The notes: generated by a model not told the origin, from the letters alone. A DNA stretch of 64,000 nt from Paraspadella gotoi (GCA_051294375.1 CM119267.1:16591476-16655475); one strand, 5' to 3'; positions 36,583 through 51,650 are shown, counted from the stretch's first letter. Translations and numbers: made by a program.

Positions 36583-39500
36583 AGAGAAGAGGCGATAAAA
36601 CATAACAAGCTTATTGTATACGTCAAGATATCTTCATTCAAAAAACCCACTCTAAAACACAAAACATCTCTTGTTCAAAGTCTCGACCTCGCACCTTCCT
36701 CCCTCCCCTTTCTCAATCTGCCATCTGCCCCCTTTTCCTCTGCCCCCCATTCACCCCTTTTACCCCCACTCTGTACCCTCCTTACACCTTTTAAGGGCGC
36801 GCGAAGTGCTCGGGGTAAACTTTTAAAACTCCCCGCAGACAAATAAATCTCAGACTTTCACGCGGCGGCCGGATCCTACGATCCTCCCAACGTTTCCCCC
36901 CGCCCCCCCTCGCCCGCCCTCCTTTGCCTTTCGCTACGCCCTGCGGCTACATCACGCCCTGTTTAACTCTCGCGCCCTGCGATGGCTCGAAAACCTCAAC
37001 AGGGAACGATGAGCCCGGTTTCGCTTTGCTTACCGGCCAGGCGGCTGCTTCCCCAGGAGCGGTTTCAGTAGCGGTTCGAACTGGTGATTTCTTGACAAAC
37101 TGCTAATTACTACTGCTTCTTTTTTATCATGCAGAATAGATCATTACTTGATAACAAACTGTTTCAAGAGAGTTGCTAAATCAAAGGAAAAAAATTTCAC
37201 TAAAGTACATTTATTTTTATTTTTTTTAATTTTAAAAATTTTTTTATTATTATTTTTCAATTGCGCTTTTAGTGTTAAAATCCTTATTAAACCCGAAATA
37301 CGTACCTATTTTATTAAGTAATTTGCAAATAAACATCTCAGGAAATCAATCCCTGGCGACTCCGTTATAAGGTTCTCCACTTTGAAAACCGAGAAGATCC
37401 ATTAAAAGTTAAGAAGCTCATTTTTAATCAAAACTTAACAAATACATTAATTCTTAAAAATCAAACTGTTTTGAAACAGCTACGTATTATTCGGAAAGCG
37501 CGAACAGCCGGTCAAGGTTCCATCGCTGTTTCCCAAAGCGTCTGCTCTCTTTTTATCTTCTTCTCTTCACCCGATTCTTCAATTAATCTTTTTTCAATTT
37601 AAATTCTCTTTTGCCCTCTTTTTTTTTTTTTTTTTTAATTCACTCCGTTGTTCCCTTGTTTCCTATTTATCAAGGTCGATTCTTTTTTAATCCTCCCTGT
37701 ATTGTTGCCTGTTTTATCGGAGATCTTTTTTGTTTGTTTGGTCCCTTTTTCACCTTCCGCCATCTGACGGGAGAGATCTTCTGTTGGCATTCATCACACC
37801 CTGCGCCAAGGATCGATGTTCACGCTAGAGGGAGGAGAGAGAAGAAGAAGAGAGAGAAGAGAGGGGGAGAGAGCAGAGAGAAGGAGAGAGAGCAGAGAGG
37901 AGTGTCGAGGGGAGGAGAGAGCAGGAGAGAGAGAGAGAGAGAAAAGCGTGAACATGTGAATGTTTGTTTTTTTTTTTTTAATTAAAACGAAAAGTGAAAG
38001 ACAAGGAATAAAAAAAAAAGATTGATTGTGATCATGACCGAAGAACAATAGTGGAGCAAAGTTAGAGAGAGAGGAGAGAAACAGAGAAACAGAGAAAGTG
38101 ACGAGAAAGAATATTAAGGACGACGGGTTCCATCGTTGATGACCAAATCATGGTGAAAAAATTTCGTTTTCACGAGAACGAAAACGAGGAAAATGAAATG
38201 GGCAGGACATGCAGTTAATTCTTCGTATCGAAACCCATTTACTATCAGGCAAAGTCAATTCATTGTCTTGCATTTAAAACACATTAACCAATATTAGAAA
38301 AAAAAAGCAAAGCTCTCACCGACCTCAAAGCCCATCTATCAACGTCTTTACATCTGCCTCTGCTTTACGATCCTCGCATTTCAGAGAAAAAACTACTTTT
38401 CCAGTATTGTTCAGTTACTATATAACCAAAACATTTAATTAAATTTGCACCAATAATATAAATTAGGCCAAAATACGGATGCTGGTTAAAACACATCTCA
38501 GCCTGTATTTCTAATCATTAATGAGTAAACATTTTGCAACTGTTTAGAAAAAAAAATCAATGCCATTTTTGTCATTCACTCGTCTCTCAAATTTGAATGC
38601 TCAAGGATAAGTTTGAGAAAATTTTTTATTTGAATTCCTTTCTTTCCTATGTTTCTTCACCCTTGAGTAAAATATTTTCCTTATATCTTCATAGTTCACT
38701 TATGAATTAATTATAAAACGTTGACCCAATCCTATAAGTGCTTTTGAGTTGTATATATTATTAATACAAAAATAGTTTATTTATATTCGCTTAAACTAAC
38801 AGAAATACTTAGTCCACTTAGAATAGCTTTTAACACCTACAAAAATTATCAAATAAATACTCCTTCGTATTAGCCACAATATATATTAAAGACAAATTTG
38901 TTTTAATTTGTGACTTTTTTTGCGTTGCAGTTTTATATAAATGAAAATATTTTCAATCATATATAGTAAAGATAGGGTACTTACTGACTATATAAAACAA
39001 AAAAAAAACCTCCCTTCATTTAACCCATGGAAAAGGCGTCAGGACTTGTTTTTCTGAAAATCTGACATTTGCGAGATTTTTCCCGCAAAATCTGTCGATT
39101 TACTAAATTTTGCTAAGGCAACCAAAATTGAAATAAAAACCTCCGTTACCGTTAATATCCTTTCTTATAATGCATATTAAAGATTTTCTTTGATATGGCT
39201 CAATGTAAACGTAGTGAGAGGAAGAGGAAAGAGAAAAACAGAAAGAAGGAGAAGGGGAGAAAATGAAATAAGGGGCCAAAGGCAAACAAAATAGGCAAAT
39301 GGGGGAAAAAATAGTGAGACACAAATAAAAGGTAGGAAATGAGGGGAAAAATTGGAAAAGAAAAAGAGGGGAAAAGAAAGGGAAATAGAGAAAGAGAAAA
39401 AAAAGGTGAGAAAAGTGCATGAATGGCAGAAAAAGGTAGGGGGCCAAAAAATGGTAAGTTGACAGATTGAGAGTAAGGGAGGAAAGAGGAAGAGGAAAAT

Positions 39501-41458
39501 ATAAGAAGAGAAGAAAAGAAGTGAAGAAAAAGAATCAGGGAAACGCGTATGAAAAAAAAATTGTATCAGATAATGTGGCGTCTTACCTAAAAACTTTATG
39601 TAAGTAAAAGACGTGAAGATTCTTATGAGGATTCGATTTTAAAAATTATCTTATACCATAAAAAATCGGAACATACTTATATCTAAAATTACAAGTTAAT
39701 GAGATTAGATAAACAATCATTGAAGAAACCAATGTCTTACTGGTTTTTAACTCATAGAAATTTACCTGGGAAGTTCTAAGTGATAAGAAGGGATAACTGA
39801 GACTACCGTTTTTTTTAAATGAAGTAAGCTTCATACTAACGAATTGAGATCAAGAAAAAGATGGTATAATGAAGTTCAGATTTTCGTTGTCTAAAGACGT
39901 GATCGTACGTGGGACCATCTACGTCTTCGTGACTGCGGTAGCAAAGAAACCAAATATTAAAATTAAACATCAGGATGATCATAAATAAACTAGATTGTGC
40001 GAGATTCATGATTGAAAGATTTCTTATACTCTTATACCACCATTGCCCGTCTGAAGTCATGGAACAAGGGTACAATTTTTATATTGTTTATACCAATGTG
40101 CTAAAATAAGTTTAGGAAGCTTGTCTTTGACAATTACGTACATCGTGAGAGAGAACAGAGGCGAACATCCGAAAAAGGTAAGAAAATAGAAACGAAACTC
40201 TTCGACCAAAAAAGCGAAATAACAAAATCTTCGAAATGACCAGAGTTCTTCGACCCCACGCTGGAGGGCATTGACGCTGACCGACATTCCATATGAGAGA
40301 AGAGAGAGAGAGAAAGAGAGAGAGTCGTCACGTCACGCCTCATAACGCATATCGACCGTCTTTTTTGGACTTGGGGGCAAAACCCTTTCATTTGGCGCGC
40401 GGTTTTCCTTGACAACCTCCGAGGCGTTTCTATGGCAACCCCTCGAGGCGCTTGTGTCAGAAGACGTTGACGTCGTTAAGTCGTTAGCGACGCCATATAT
40501 ACGGAGAGGTCGTCGTTCGTCGTTCGCCGTCGTTCGTCGTCGTCGTCACTACCGATTTTTTTTATTAAACGCGACACGCCCAAATCACCCCAATATGAAA
40601 CCCCTTCACTCTTCAGCCTTCACGTGTTGCCTCCCTCCAAGACCACACCCGGAGACTCCACCGCCCGCCTCCCAACCGCTCTCAACCCTTTCAGCCTTCT
40701 TTTTTCATCTTGCTCGCAAATTCCCCGACCCCTCATCATCCCACGAACTTGCATATCTCTGACACCCCCCCCCAAATCTTGCTCGACACCCCTGACTCCC
40801 CCTCCTTCGGTCCCACCTGCCCTCTCGTCCGCCTTCGTAAGAGTCTCCACGTCGAGGGTCGCCTCTGTTTTGGCGCCAAAATCGTTGCCGCCCGCGAAAA
40901 AGAAAACATTTTCTTTTTGTGACTTGATCGACGACAGCGAAATCAGTTTTACGGCGGGAAATAGTCAACTCTTCACCGTCCTGACTTGTCCGGGCATTCA
41001 TTTTAAGAGTTTTTAATCTTTAACTGTTGATTATAATTTTTAACTATTTTTTTCCCTTGACGTTTTAACGTAGTCGACGTCCTTTTATGTTATCTTTAAA
41101 TGTCATTTTTCCGACATTTACCGGATTGTCTTTTTAAATAAAGTTTAGTCAAAGTTAGAAAATTAGTATTGGAAAAGACGTCCAGAAAAAACTAGAAAAT
41201 TTTTAAAATATTCATATTTTTTGTTATTTTTTATTTGACTCGGCGTTTAACAAAATATAGTTCCCTCCGTATACCGCACTTGATACTTCCCATCATTAGC
41301 GATCACGCTTACGCCACCACCCCGGTTTTCAGAGTCGGAAAAAATGGACCTACTTCTGGAATAACGGCGTCGTACGTCACTGGGACATAAAACCGTAGTG
41401 GCGAGGTCTGACCCCCTTGTACCGCGTCTGGGTCGCGAGCGGAGCAGATCCGCATTGA

Positions 41459-41496
41459 GGGGACGGGGATGGACGGGATGGACGGGATGGACGGGG
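41459..41496 (+). repeat. (GGACGGGAT) x4 repeat matching the G-quadruplex consensus
   Basis: ggggacggggatggacgggatggacgggatggacgggg: five G3-4 runs with loops of 2-6 nt. Confidence 0.75.
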
Positions 41497-41834
41497 CAGA
41501 ACTTGTGACAGGGACAGGGCCAAGTTTTACAAATTATGTCATAATTATGTCATAATTTATGATGGTCTTCGCACGCATGGGTTTCACTGATTAGAATTTA
41601 GTTTCCGCTATCCTAAGAATTTCAACTACTCTACTACATATAGAAATTTTTATATCTTATTTACGAACAACAAATGTGATTTTGATCTCAACTTAAGAAA
41701 ACTGCGTCCATTACTGCGTCGCAAACTGGGTCGAGAACTGTACCGACGATCGCGTAAGATCGATCGACCGAAGAGCAGAAAGCGAAAAAATACGAGAAAA
41801 ATGGCTGACGGAGAAATGAGAAGGAAAAGGGAAA

Positions 41835-41967
<133 letters not shown>

Positions 41968-44928
41968 AAAGGAAAGTGAGAAGTGAAAGATTGGAAGACA
42001 AACGAGGAAAAATTTGAAAAAAGGATTAAAACCGAAAGAAAAAATAAATAAAAAAAGTGCTGAGAGAATGAATTAAGTTACAAAGGAAGTGAGGAAAAAA
42101 TGATTTGGAAAAACAAAACGATAAATAAACACAACGATAAATAAAACTATAGGAAAAAGAATCAGAAAAAGTATGAAAAACATAACCCAAAATTAATGAA
42201 TAATAAACCAAATTCTGAAATTTAATTTTAAATATTTTAAATTATGCGATCAACACCAAATTTGTCGTAAAAATTTCGAGAATTTTGTTACATTCGACTT
42301 AAATTTTTTTTCCCCGTCATGAAAATCACAAATATTTGGATGCAATTAAATAAAAAAAATGTCTGGATTTTTTTGGATGATTTTTTTCTCCGTCGTTTGA
42401 AAATTCGGTTCAGTTTTTTTTTTTCTGCTTTAACGATGACTCATAAACAGAAAAAATCGTTAAAAAGTAAAATTTGTAAACGAAACTGACGACAACGACG
42501 AAGACGATGATGATGATGATCTTTTACAACTGGACTCTAAAAACGTTCAAATGCGACGACGACGACGACGACGACGACAACGACGAGGCCGTCGGCGACG
42601 GTTTGTCTTTTTTTTTCCGTCTTAAGTGTCTGACATTTGAAGCAAAAAGTCAAACAGTGAAGGGAAAGGAGTCGCCCAGGGTGATTACGAGGGAGAAAAA
42701 AAAATTGGGGGGTGGGTGATCTGGGTTCGAGGGAATGAAGGTTCCGGTAGACTGGGCGGCGGCGGCGGCGGCGGCGATGATGGGTTAGGGCGGCGGGTGA
42801 AGAAGTGAGTTCGTTACAGAGTCGTACAGAGTCTGAGAAGAAAGAAAGTTGGCCGAGATCCAGGTCGGCGGCGAACCGTTTCTCTCTCACCTTCGATCCT
42901 TGACGGTCCCCCCCTTCCATCACCTTCTACCCAGTACCCACCCTCACCACCTTCCCCACCCTAACCCCCACACCCTCTCTATCCCAAAAACTTCTTCTCG
43001 AGCCAAAAGTCGCCGACGATTTTTCGTAAACAATCTCGTTTCAAATCTCGAGGAAATAACATTTCAAAGGCGACGTTAACGAGATTTTTTTTTTTGGTCG
43101 GAGAGAAACATGAAATTCGAAATTAGCAGTTGTTTTCTGTTCTTTTTCAACTATTTCGCTCCGAGGGGAGAAAGGTCGTAGTCTTTGTCTCGTCCTTGTC
43201 CTGTTTTTGTCTTTCTTCGTCATGTTGTTGTATTTTATCTGTCTCTGCTCATTGTCTTTGTTTCGTCTATGATTTCAGAGTTTGCTATTATTCACCATCA
43301 TTAGTGATTACGGTAATTAGACATAACGGTTCGACTCAAATTACTCGTTACATCCTCACAGGAAGGATTTGTTTTTTGAGGGAGAGTTGTGAATGAGATC
43401 TTTGTTTTAATGTTTTGTGGCGGCGGCATGTACCTCACGGGCCTGTTTATGTCAATCTTCTTTTCTACGATTGTCTTTTGTCNNNNNNNNNNTCAAAATG
43501 CTGGATGAGAGGACATGAACTGGCATTTTTCCCTTTTGACTTGTCCCGTCTTTGTCGTTTCCATATCCGCGTGCGCTTCTCTTCTCTTTGTCCTGTCTTT
43601 GTTTTCGTCTGGACTTCACGGATCGAATAAAGGATTGCNNNNNNNNNNNNNNNNNNNNNNNNNNNNNNNNNNNNNNNNNNNNNNNNNNNNNNNNNNNNNN
43701 NNNNNNNNNNNNNNNNNNNNNNNNNNNNNNNNNNNNNNGTATCGTATAATTTCATAAATTGGGGATATTAGTTATTACATTTACAGCCGCAATATCAAAT
43801 TTATTATATAAAATGTAGTTGTTACAATTAAGAATATCCAATGTCTTCTAACTTTCGACAGACTTCGTAACGGCTATATCATTACTCTATTTATCTTTAC
43901 TCTCCTCTCATCTCTTTTCATCCCATATCTTTACCATGATCCCATCTTTACTGCTCCAAGCAAAGTCTCCCACTCCGACTGTTTCGGTTCCGCCTCGGAA
44001 GTTTATCTCTCGCACGATCGGTGCCATCGATGCCGCCGCTTCCGGTTGTCTTGGGGTCGAACCGTAAAAGTGAAAGAGAGTAGGAGAGAGAGGAAGAGAG
44101 AGAGAAGGAAGAGAGAGAGAGAGAGAGAGAGACTGAGAAGAGAGAGAGAGAGTAGGAAAGAGAGAGAGAGATTTCCCGGTGCGTTAAAATCCCCCTCGGC
44201 ACCGAAGACGAAGGCATCAAAAGATAGAAAGCAATCGAGACGAAGGGGCCCAATAAAACCGCGAAAAGCGGCTAAGGGCAGGAACTCTTCGAAAAAAAAA
44301 TGGGGGGGGTGCGGGAGTGAGTCGGGGAGGAATGGGCGAGAGGGCGATTGTTAAACAAGGAATTGAAGGATACGAAGAGGAGAAGTGAAAAAAGGTTAAG
44401 GAGAACGAAAGGAAGGGAACAAGGGGGAAAGCAAAAAAAGAAAATAAATAAATAGAGAGGAAAATAGAAAGGTAATCACCTGAGAAGTAATGATGGAGGG
44501 AAAGAACGTTTCTAAGTTTAATACCCCTAGCAACTATATTGTAAAAGCGGAGCATCTGCCAAGTGTTACTGTTTACCGATTATTGACGAAGCATGCGGGA
44601 AAATCGTTTAGAGCGAAGGTCTCGCAGATTTCGAAATATATTGTAAATATACAATATAAAGTATTGCTTCGGGTAACTTTTATATAACTGATTTAATAAC
44701 TTCCGTTCTTATGCTTTGGTATTTTTTATTAATCATTTAAAATGGCCAAGAAACGATCTTGAATAGTTTGCCTTCGTTCGACGCCGAGGAAAAAAAAGTT
44801 CATTAAGACATCAACCTTTATCAGGGACGCCTGTCTGCCTGTCGACGGAAAATCCAATTCTTATCTCTATCTTTGGTTAGTTTCACCAGAAAAAAAAAAT
44901 GAGGTAGAACTCTATTGGCTAATTTTAT

Positions 44929-44993
<65 letters not shown>

Positions 44994-44996
44994 TCC

Positions 44997-45029
<33 letters not shown>

Positions 45030-45254
45030 TTCCGCACTTCACTCGTTTGTTTTTATTTTTTTTTAATTTCTCTAAGTGATTTTATATGGCGGCGGCGCGC
45101 GGCGGTTGGCGCGTCTCGGGAGCGGCGGATCCTAGTTTTACGAAACCCTGAGGGAGGAAGGGGAAATGGATTTTTCCCTTTTTTTTATTTTTTTAAAAGT
45201 GTTGGAGAGAGACGAGAGAGAGAGAGAGAGACGAGAGAGAGAGAGAGAGATGAG

Positions 45255-45293
<39 letters not shown>

Positions 45294-46360
45294 GAATAAG
45301 TATGGAATTTAAGTGAGGATGAAAGTTGAAAGAAGCGATAATGACGACGTCGAAATTGACGAATTACAACACGACGACGACGACGGACGACGACGAACGA
45401 CGACGACGACGACGACCGACGACGACGACGGAAAAAGCAAAGGAAAAGAAAAGTAAGAAAACTTTACACAAGCGAAAATTAAAAATAAAAAAAATTTTTT
45501 TCCTAAAATTCACGAAAGAGGAAAGACGGGGATTTAAAGAAGCAAAAAAAAAAATTATGATTTGCAGAGAATGAAAGGGAGACGAGAAAAGTTGAGGCGA
45601 AAGTGGGGTGAGGTAAGGTTTCGGGAGGAAAGGGAAGGGGGTGAGGTTTAACTCCCCCCCGCTCCCGGCCGCCAATGGCGGAGGGTGAGATTCGAGGAGT
45701 AATATTTTAGCAAAAGAAATCTAATAAAAAATGCTGAGGTCGCACTGGCGGCCCGATGGGGGAAAGGGGAAATGGGAAAGCTGTCGCCGTGGTGGGGGAG
45801 TAAGTTTTAAAGGAAATAGAGGAAAGAAAAATAGAGAAGTCGGAAAATGCAAGAAGACTGGGGCGACGGAAATAGCGGTGGCGGCGGCAGNNNNNNNNNN
45901 NNNNNNNNNNNNNGCGGCGTCGGCGGCGACGCCGGCGACTGCTGATCTCTTTCTAGAACGGAGGTGACCTCGGAAAAATGAAATGAAACGATCCGGATCA
46001 ACGTCAANNNNNNNNNNACTGAGTTCGCAATGCGTCGGAAATGTAACAAAGCAAGAATGAGCCAACTGTTCCAAAAATCGGCGCATTTAATTATTTTCAC
46101 ATCGGTAAATTTTTTGTGTATCTAATCTTATCCATTTCACTCTGTCACTTATTATCATTGCTGCATTTATGTGATAATATGAACGGTCGTCTTCGTCATC
46201 GTTCTTGTCATCTCCGTCAACCCCGTTTGTCATCATCGTCGTCATCAGTCTCGACTTCGTCGTCCACGTTGGTCACTAGAGGATGAAGATGTTTATTTAA
46301 GGGATAAAGCTCCATGAGTGAAATTCGCCAGCGGGGAATGAAATATTTTCGGGGAAAAAA

Positions 46361-46413
<53 letters not shown>

Positions 46414-46420
46414 TAACGAC
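46361..46420. repeat. (GAC)n microsatellite
   Basis: About 17 perfect gac units; one of many such tracts in the window. Confidence 0.95.
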
Positions 46421-47815
46421 GCAACAGCCTCAGACTGTAAAAGCGTTTTACGGCCTACAAGGGAGATGGAAATCTCCAAACCGCGGCGGGACTTCAGCCA
46501 TGGAGGGAAATTCTCCTTTTTTATTCTTTCATACGGAAAGATAAATTATTCCTTCGATATTGTTCGGCGTCGGAATTTAAAAAGGTGAAATTTCTTCTTT
46601 TTTTTTTCCGTTGGAATCTATGAATCGAAATACACTCGGATGGAATTCTTACGGGTCAAATAATCACAAAATGTGCAGAATTGTGAAAGTAGTATCCCGA
46701 GTAGTATCAACGAAAGATGAATTATATATCGTAATTGACTGTGATAAAAAAAAAAAAAAAACCAAACCAGGAAGGAAAGTCGGCGTTATTAAATAAACTT
46801 TCTTTGCAACCTGCAATCCTTACTAATCCTGATTAAAACTCCATACGTAGACATCAGATACTCATTCTTGGCCACGAAAACTCATCCTGTTTTCTATCGT
46901 GGTCTTCAAACTCTAAAAACAAATCTAGAAATCAAATATCAATCCGTCTATAGAATGCTTTTGTTTTGAATCCCCGCTGACCCGCGACGAGCGTCTGCGG
47001 GCGTGCCCATATGTACCCGCCCTCCAAAAACCAAACCCCCTTTGACCAGCGGTCACGTCTTGTCTCCCTCCTCTCCTCTCCTACACTCCCCCCCCCCCTC
47101 CCCGACGAATGCCGAAATCAATGAGCGCCGCGGTCGACCGACGCCAGACGTTTATTGATATTGCAGTCAAGACTTAATTTCCGGCGATCCAAGAGTGCCG
47201 GAGTTCCGAGTGCCGAACTAAAGGGCCGGACGAGAACCGGAACCGAGAGAAGGAGAATCCCCGTTGCGGCCGTGAAGGCGCGAGAAGGCCGGAAAACGGA
47301 AAGTGATGGTCGCCGGGGTTGCCCCCCCCCCAAAAAAAAAAGGTGTCGCCGTTGGCGGCCAAAAAGAGGCCAATCGAAGGCCGTGGATGACGACGAGGGA
47401 GACATAATCATGTTAGACGCTCTCTTTCTCGAGGATGCAAAGGAAGGTTGGAGGAGGGGTTGGAGGTGTTTGGAGGTTGGATGCGACGGAAAGCCGATTT
47501 CAGACCCAGAAATCTTGTATTTTTTTTTTCTCCCTGAAAAATCAAGGTTTTTGAAATCGCTCAAGCGTGGCGAACCTACGTTTTAATGAGAAACTGAAAA
47601 GCGGGGGTTTCCTCGACAACAAAAAAATCTCGCGTAAAAGAAAAACCGGAAAATTAGGAGGAAGTAAAACAATGATTTGCATGTGAATTTTCGACGGGGA
47701 GGAAAGTGGAAGGGGCCGCCGGAAACCGCGCCCTGTTTGTTCTAATCATTCTCGAAATTAGATTCGTTTCCATTGGATTTAGGAGAGGGAATGGAGGGTA
47801 ATCGGTGGGGGAAGG

Positions 47816-47817
<2 letters not shown>

Positions 47818-47875
<58 letters not shown>
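47818..47875. repeat. Perfect (GA)n microsatellite
   Basis: Uninterrupted gagaga run. Confidence 0.95.
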
Positions 47876-47879
<4 letters not shown>

Positions 47880-48027
47880 AAAACGATAAAAAAATGTTAT
47901 TCTTATTTGCATATAAATATTGTTTTGTATTGTTTTCTTGTTCGGCTAAAGTATCGGCGCTGTGTAAGAAAGATGGAAGAAAACTAAAAAAGCGAAACCG
48001 AGGCGCATTACTATGACAAGACGACGC

Positions 48028-48131
48028 CCACGCCGACCACACCGACCACGCCGACCACGCCGACCACGCCGACCACACCGACCACGCCGAAGACGCCGAC
48101 CACGCCGACCACGCCGACACGCCGACCACGC
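48028..48131. repeat. 9-bp minisatellite (CACGCCGAC), about 11 units
   Basis: cacgccgac cacaccgac cacgccgac ... with variants cacgccgaa, gacgccgac and one 8-bp unit. Confidence 0.92.
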
Positions 48132-50177
48132 GGATGCCAAAGATCACGGAAAGAAGGAAGCGAAAAGAAAATATCTTTCCTCGCTTCGTGTTTGACGAAG
48201 AAGGAAAAGAAAAACAAATTCAATATCTGGGGTTTTTTTTTCCTGAAGGGGGAAAGAATATATGCGGGGGAAGGGGAGGTGAGACGAAGAGGTGCTGAGG
48301 GTGAAATCATCCGGAAAACAACAACTTCATACACAAGTGTAGCGGTAGTATTTCATACCCAGTTATTCGTCCGAGAACCCTATTTTAATCGCGACACATA
48401 GGTTGTTATTGTAATTGCTGATTAATAAGTAATAAATAAGAATAAATATTTGTAGGGACTAGTTGTAAAATTAACTTTGTTTTAATTTTAAAATCGATCG
48501 TTTCCTGCAAATTGTACGAATTAAGAATTATTTTATGATTGATAAAAAATACACTGACTTTACTGTTTAAATGAACATATTCGATATATCTAATGTAAGC
48601 AACGAAACAAAGTCCTTTCAAAACCGCCTTTCACGAGAGAAAAACAGAATGGATCATATTTTTTACCCGAACGTGCATCGATGCAAATAAAGGGCAATGA
48701 CGATAGATGATAACCACGACGACAATGAATAATCTGTTTCATCGCAAAGATTCTGTACACTCCCCCCCCCCCGCAAAAAAAAAAGAGTTGAAGCAAAGTT
48801 CAGAAAGAAGTTTCGAGTTATTTGTTTCTCGTTGGCGAACGAATATTTAAACTTAGGTATCGTATTACTTTTTTATACTTTTTTTCGTTTCATTTGTGCC
48901 TTTAAGCAATCTTTAATTCTTTATTCGACATAGAACTTTTTAAAAAAATACACGCTATTAAATATCACGATAAAGCGTTGACGTTCATATTATTCTCAAA
49001 GGTTGAACGCTTCACGCAGTTAACGTCTGTCCGTCGGCCACTGGAGCTCCGAGAGGCCTTTTCTGGCCTCAACAAATCTTCCTCTCACCGCAAATTAGCG
49101 ACGACGTTAATTTGCCGTCATTTCTCGCCTCTCATCCGCGAGACCCTTTTTTTTTCGGTACGAGGCGACGAAATTACAACCGTCTCTCACGCCGGGCGGT
49201 TTTCACAATTAGATGCCTCGCCTTAGAAATAATTTCGTGACTCGGATGCCTCGCCGGCCTCTTTCGTATTATTTTTAAAAAATGATGGCAAACAGCGTGG
49301 AGAAACGCAAAAGTTATAAATTTTAAGAGTGGCGCACTTTATTGTTAAGTGAAAAAAAAACGTTTTTCAAAAAACTCTCTTTTAAGCAAAGTAACGATAT
49401 TTATGAATGAGAATCTAAATTTAAAAAAAACGCATGTCAAAGAGAGACCTGGATCTTTAGAGAAGCATATCTTAATAAAAAGTTACGCGGAGAAAAACCG
49501 CCGTTTTGATTGATTGATTTATTGTTCACTCCTTTTTAGGTCCTTAAGCAACTTTGAGAAAGGGCCGCCAAAACACTGTTGGAAGGAGACAAAATTAATA
49601 TGCGCAATAGTTTGTCAATGTGACAGATATTTACCGATTATAAGTGTACATTCTGATTCGAGTTGAAGACAACTTGAAAAAAAGAGGATTTTTCTTGTGA
49701 TTTTATTGAAAATGTTTAAAAGAACAATCGAAAAAAAGTTTTAGCATTCGATTTTATAATCTTGTGGTGTATTTTGTATTTTCGTTATCTCTTTATAAGA
49801 ACGTTTTCTTCGGTTAATATTTTTTAAACAATGATAATACTTTGATAAGTTTAATCTTCTAATTTACTTAATAATATTAATTTGACTTATAAAAAAAAAA
49901 GAAGAAGCTTTCTTTGTCTTTTGTTTGTCCTTCGACCCAATTTTTTACCATTTTCTGTCTATTTGTCTATCTGTTCTTTCCCCCCCNNNNNNNNNNNNNN
50001 NNNNNNNNNNNACCCCACCGTTCTCATCATCTCTCTCCTCTCTCTCTCTCTCTCATCGTCGTCTCTCTCTCTTCCTCTCTCTCTAGCCGGTGGCGTCGTG
50101 CGCGTCGTCATGACTCTCCAGTTTAACCTGCTAAACCGAATATGCGGCCATCAACGATTCGGCAGAGCGGGGCACGG

Positions 50178-51090
50178 AGGGGGGGGCGGAAGAAGAAGCG
50201 CCCAGAGAAAAAGATTAGGGGAGAAGGAGAAATCAAGGGGACAGGTTGAGAGGGGAGATACCGGATATGGCCCCCAGAGATGGGGTGACGAAAGAAACCA
50301 GGATGGAACCTTAAGCAATGAGTTTGTTAATTAAGACGCTGTCTGGAATTAGAGACTTAATGGGCCAATTGCAATTTCGAAAATTTGATACAAAGAATAT
50401 ATAAAAAATTGTACATGAAACATAAAACAAAAGATTATCCGCTATCGATTTTTTATAAAATGGAGAACAAAAAGAAACATTGAATTAAACGACTATTCAA
50501 ATACTTCGGAATCCCGCAAAGTTGTAATTCCTTTGTCTGTTTGCATCCCCTCTGCTCATCTCTCTCTCTCTCTCCCCCTTCAAATTCGGCGCTCTCATTT
50601 AAAGCACACGGACGAGCACTGTTGCAGTTTTCTGTGTTTTGCGGCTTGGACTAAAGCACATAATTGGTTAGTCTTTTACGTGGGCGGCGAGAAATACAAA
50701 GAGATAAAGTGAAGAGATGGATTGTGAAACAAAACACATATTGAACCACAGTAAAGGAGCTGGACTCCCTCTTGTCAGAGAATAGACGCCGACTATACGG
50801 AAAAATGTAAAAATATTAAAAATAAAATAATACTAAATTACGTATTGGCTTACTTTAATCTTTAAAAGGCAATCGTTCACTTACTTTTTTTCCCCCGAGT
50901 CGAAGAAACCGAGGAAAGGCATTAAGAAAAATAGGTTTGGAGCAAACCAAAAAGTTAAAATTTGCAAAGAAATGGGTTGTAACTCTCTCCAGTTATAACC
51001 CTCTCCGGTATGCGTCTCTCTCTCTCTCTCTCTCTCGGTCGATCTCTCTCTCTTCGTCTCTCCTCATCTCTCCTCTTCTCTCTTCTCTCT

Positions 51091-51127
<37 letters not shown>

Positions 51128-51650
51128 CTCCCGCTTATTAATCGTGCGAAGAATTTGTGACTTTCCCTTCTTGTTTTTTCTCGGCCTAGTTTTTTGGCAC
51201 CAAAAACATAAAAAGGAGAAAGAGAGAAAGGACAAGAGAAAAGAAAAAGAACTCACACCTCGCCCCCTCCTCACAAAGAAAAAACCGTCACAAACTTCTT
51301 TTTCACTTCCGCCTTCACGATCTCATTCGTCGGGACGAATTTTGGAGCGACCGAACGTCGACGAATAACGACGAATGAACGACCGACGATAACGGACGAA
51401 CCGACGACGACGACGACGACGAAATGAAAATAATGATGAAGATGATGAACACCTCAAACAGCAACGACAAGTCGACATACAATGATGACGGCGAACGTAG
51501 ACAAAAGACGACGAACGATGATGACGACGACGACGACGACAGACGACGACCGACGCACAACAGTAAGGGTTACCCCAGCGCTGACGACAATGACAAAAAC
51601 GAAGACAGATTTACATCAAAGAAAGAAGAAAGACGATGACGCCGCAATGA
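50178..51650 (+). repeat. Tandem duplication G copy 1 (about 1.47 kb)
   Basis: ggggggcggaagaagaagcgcc at about 50181 and about 51655; ends aagaaagaagaaagacgatgacgcc (about 51643 and about 53079). Confidence 0.96.

Noticed and set aside
39840-39960. Fragment ELRSRKRWYNEV...DRTW, faintly like the C-terminal tail of RTE-type LINE ORF2
   Set aside because: Interrupted by a stop, very short, and no reverse transcriptase motifs nearby. It cannot be supported without an HMM search.
45676-45696. tggcggagggtgagattcga, resembling the reverse complement of a tRNA-Ser 3' end
   Set aside because: The T-stem partner and the rest of the cloverleaf are absent, and the acceptor strand is too short.
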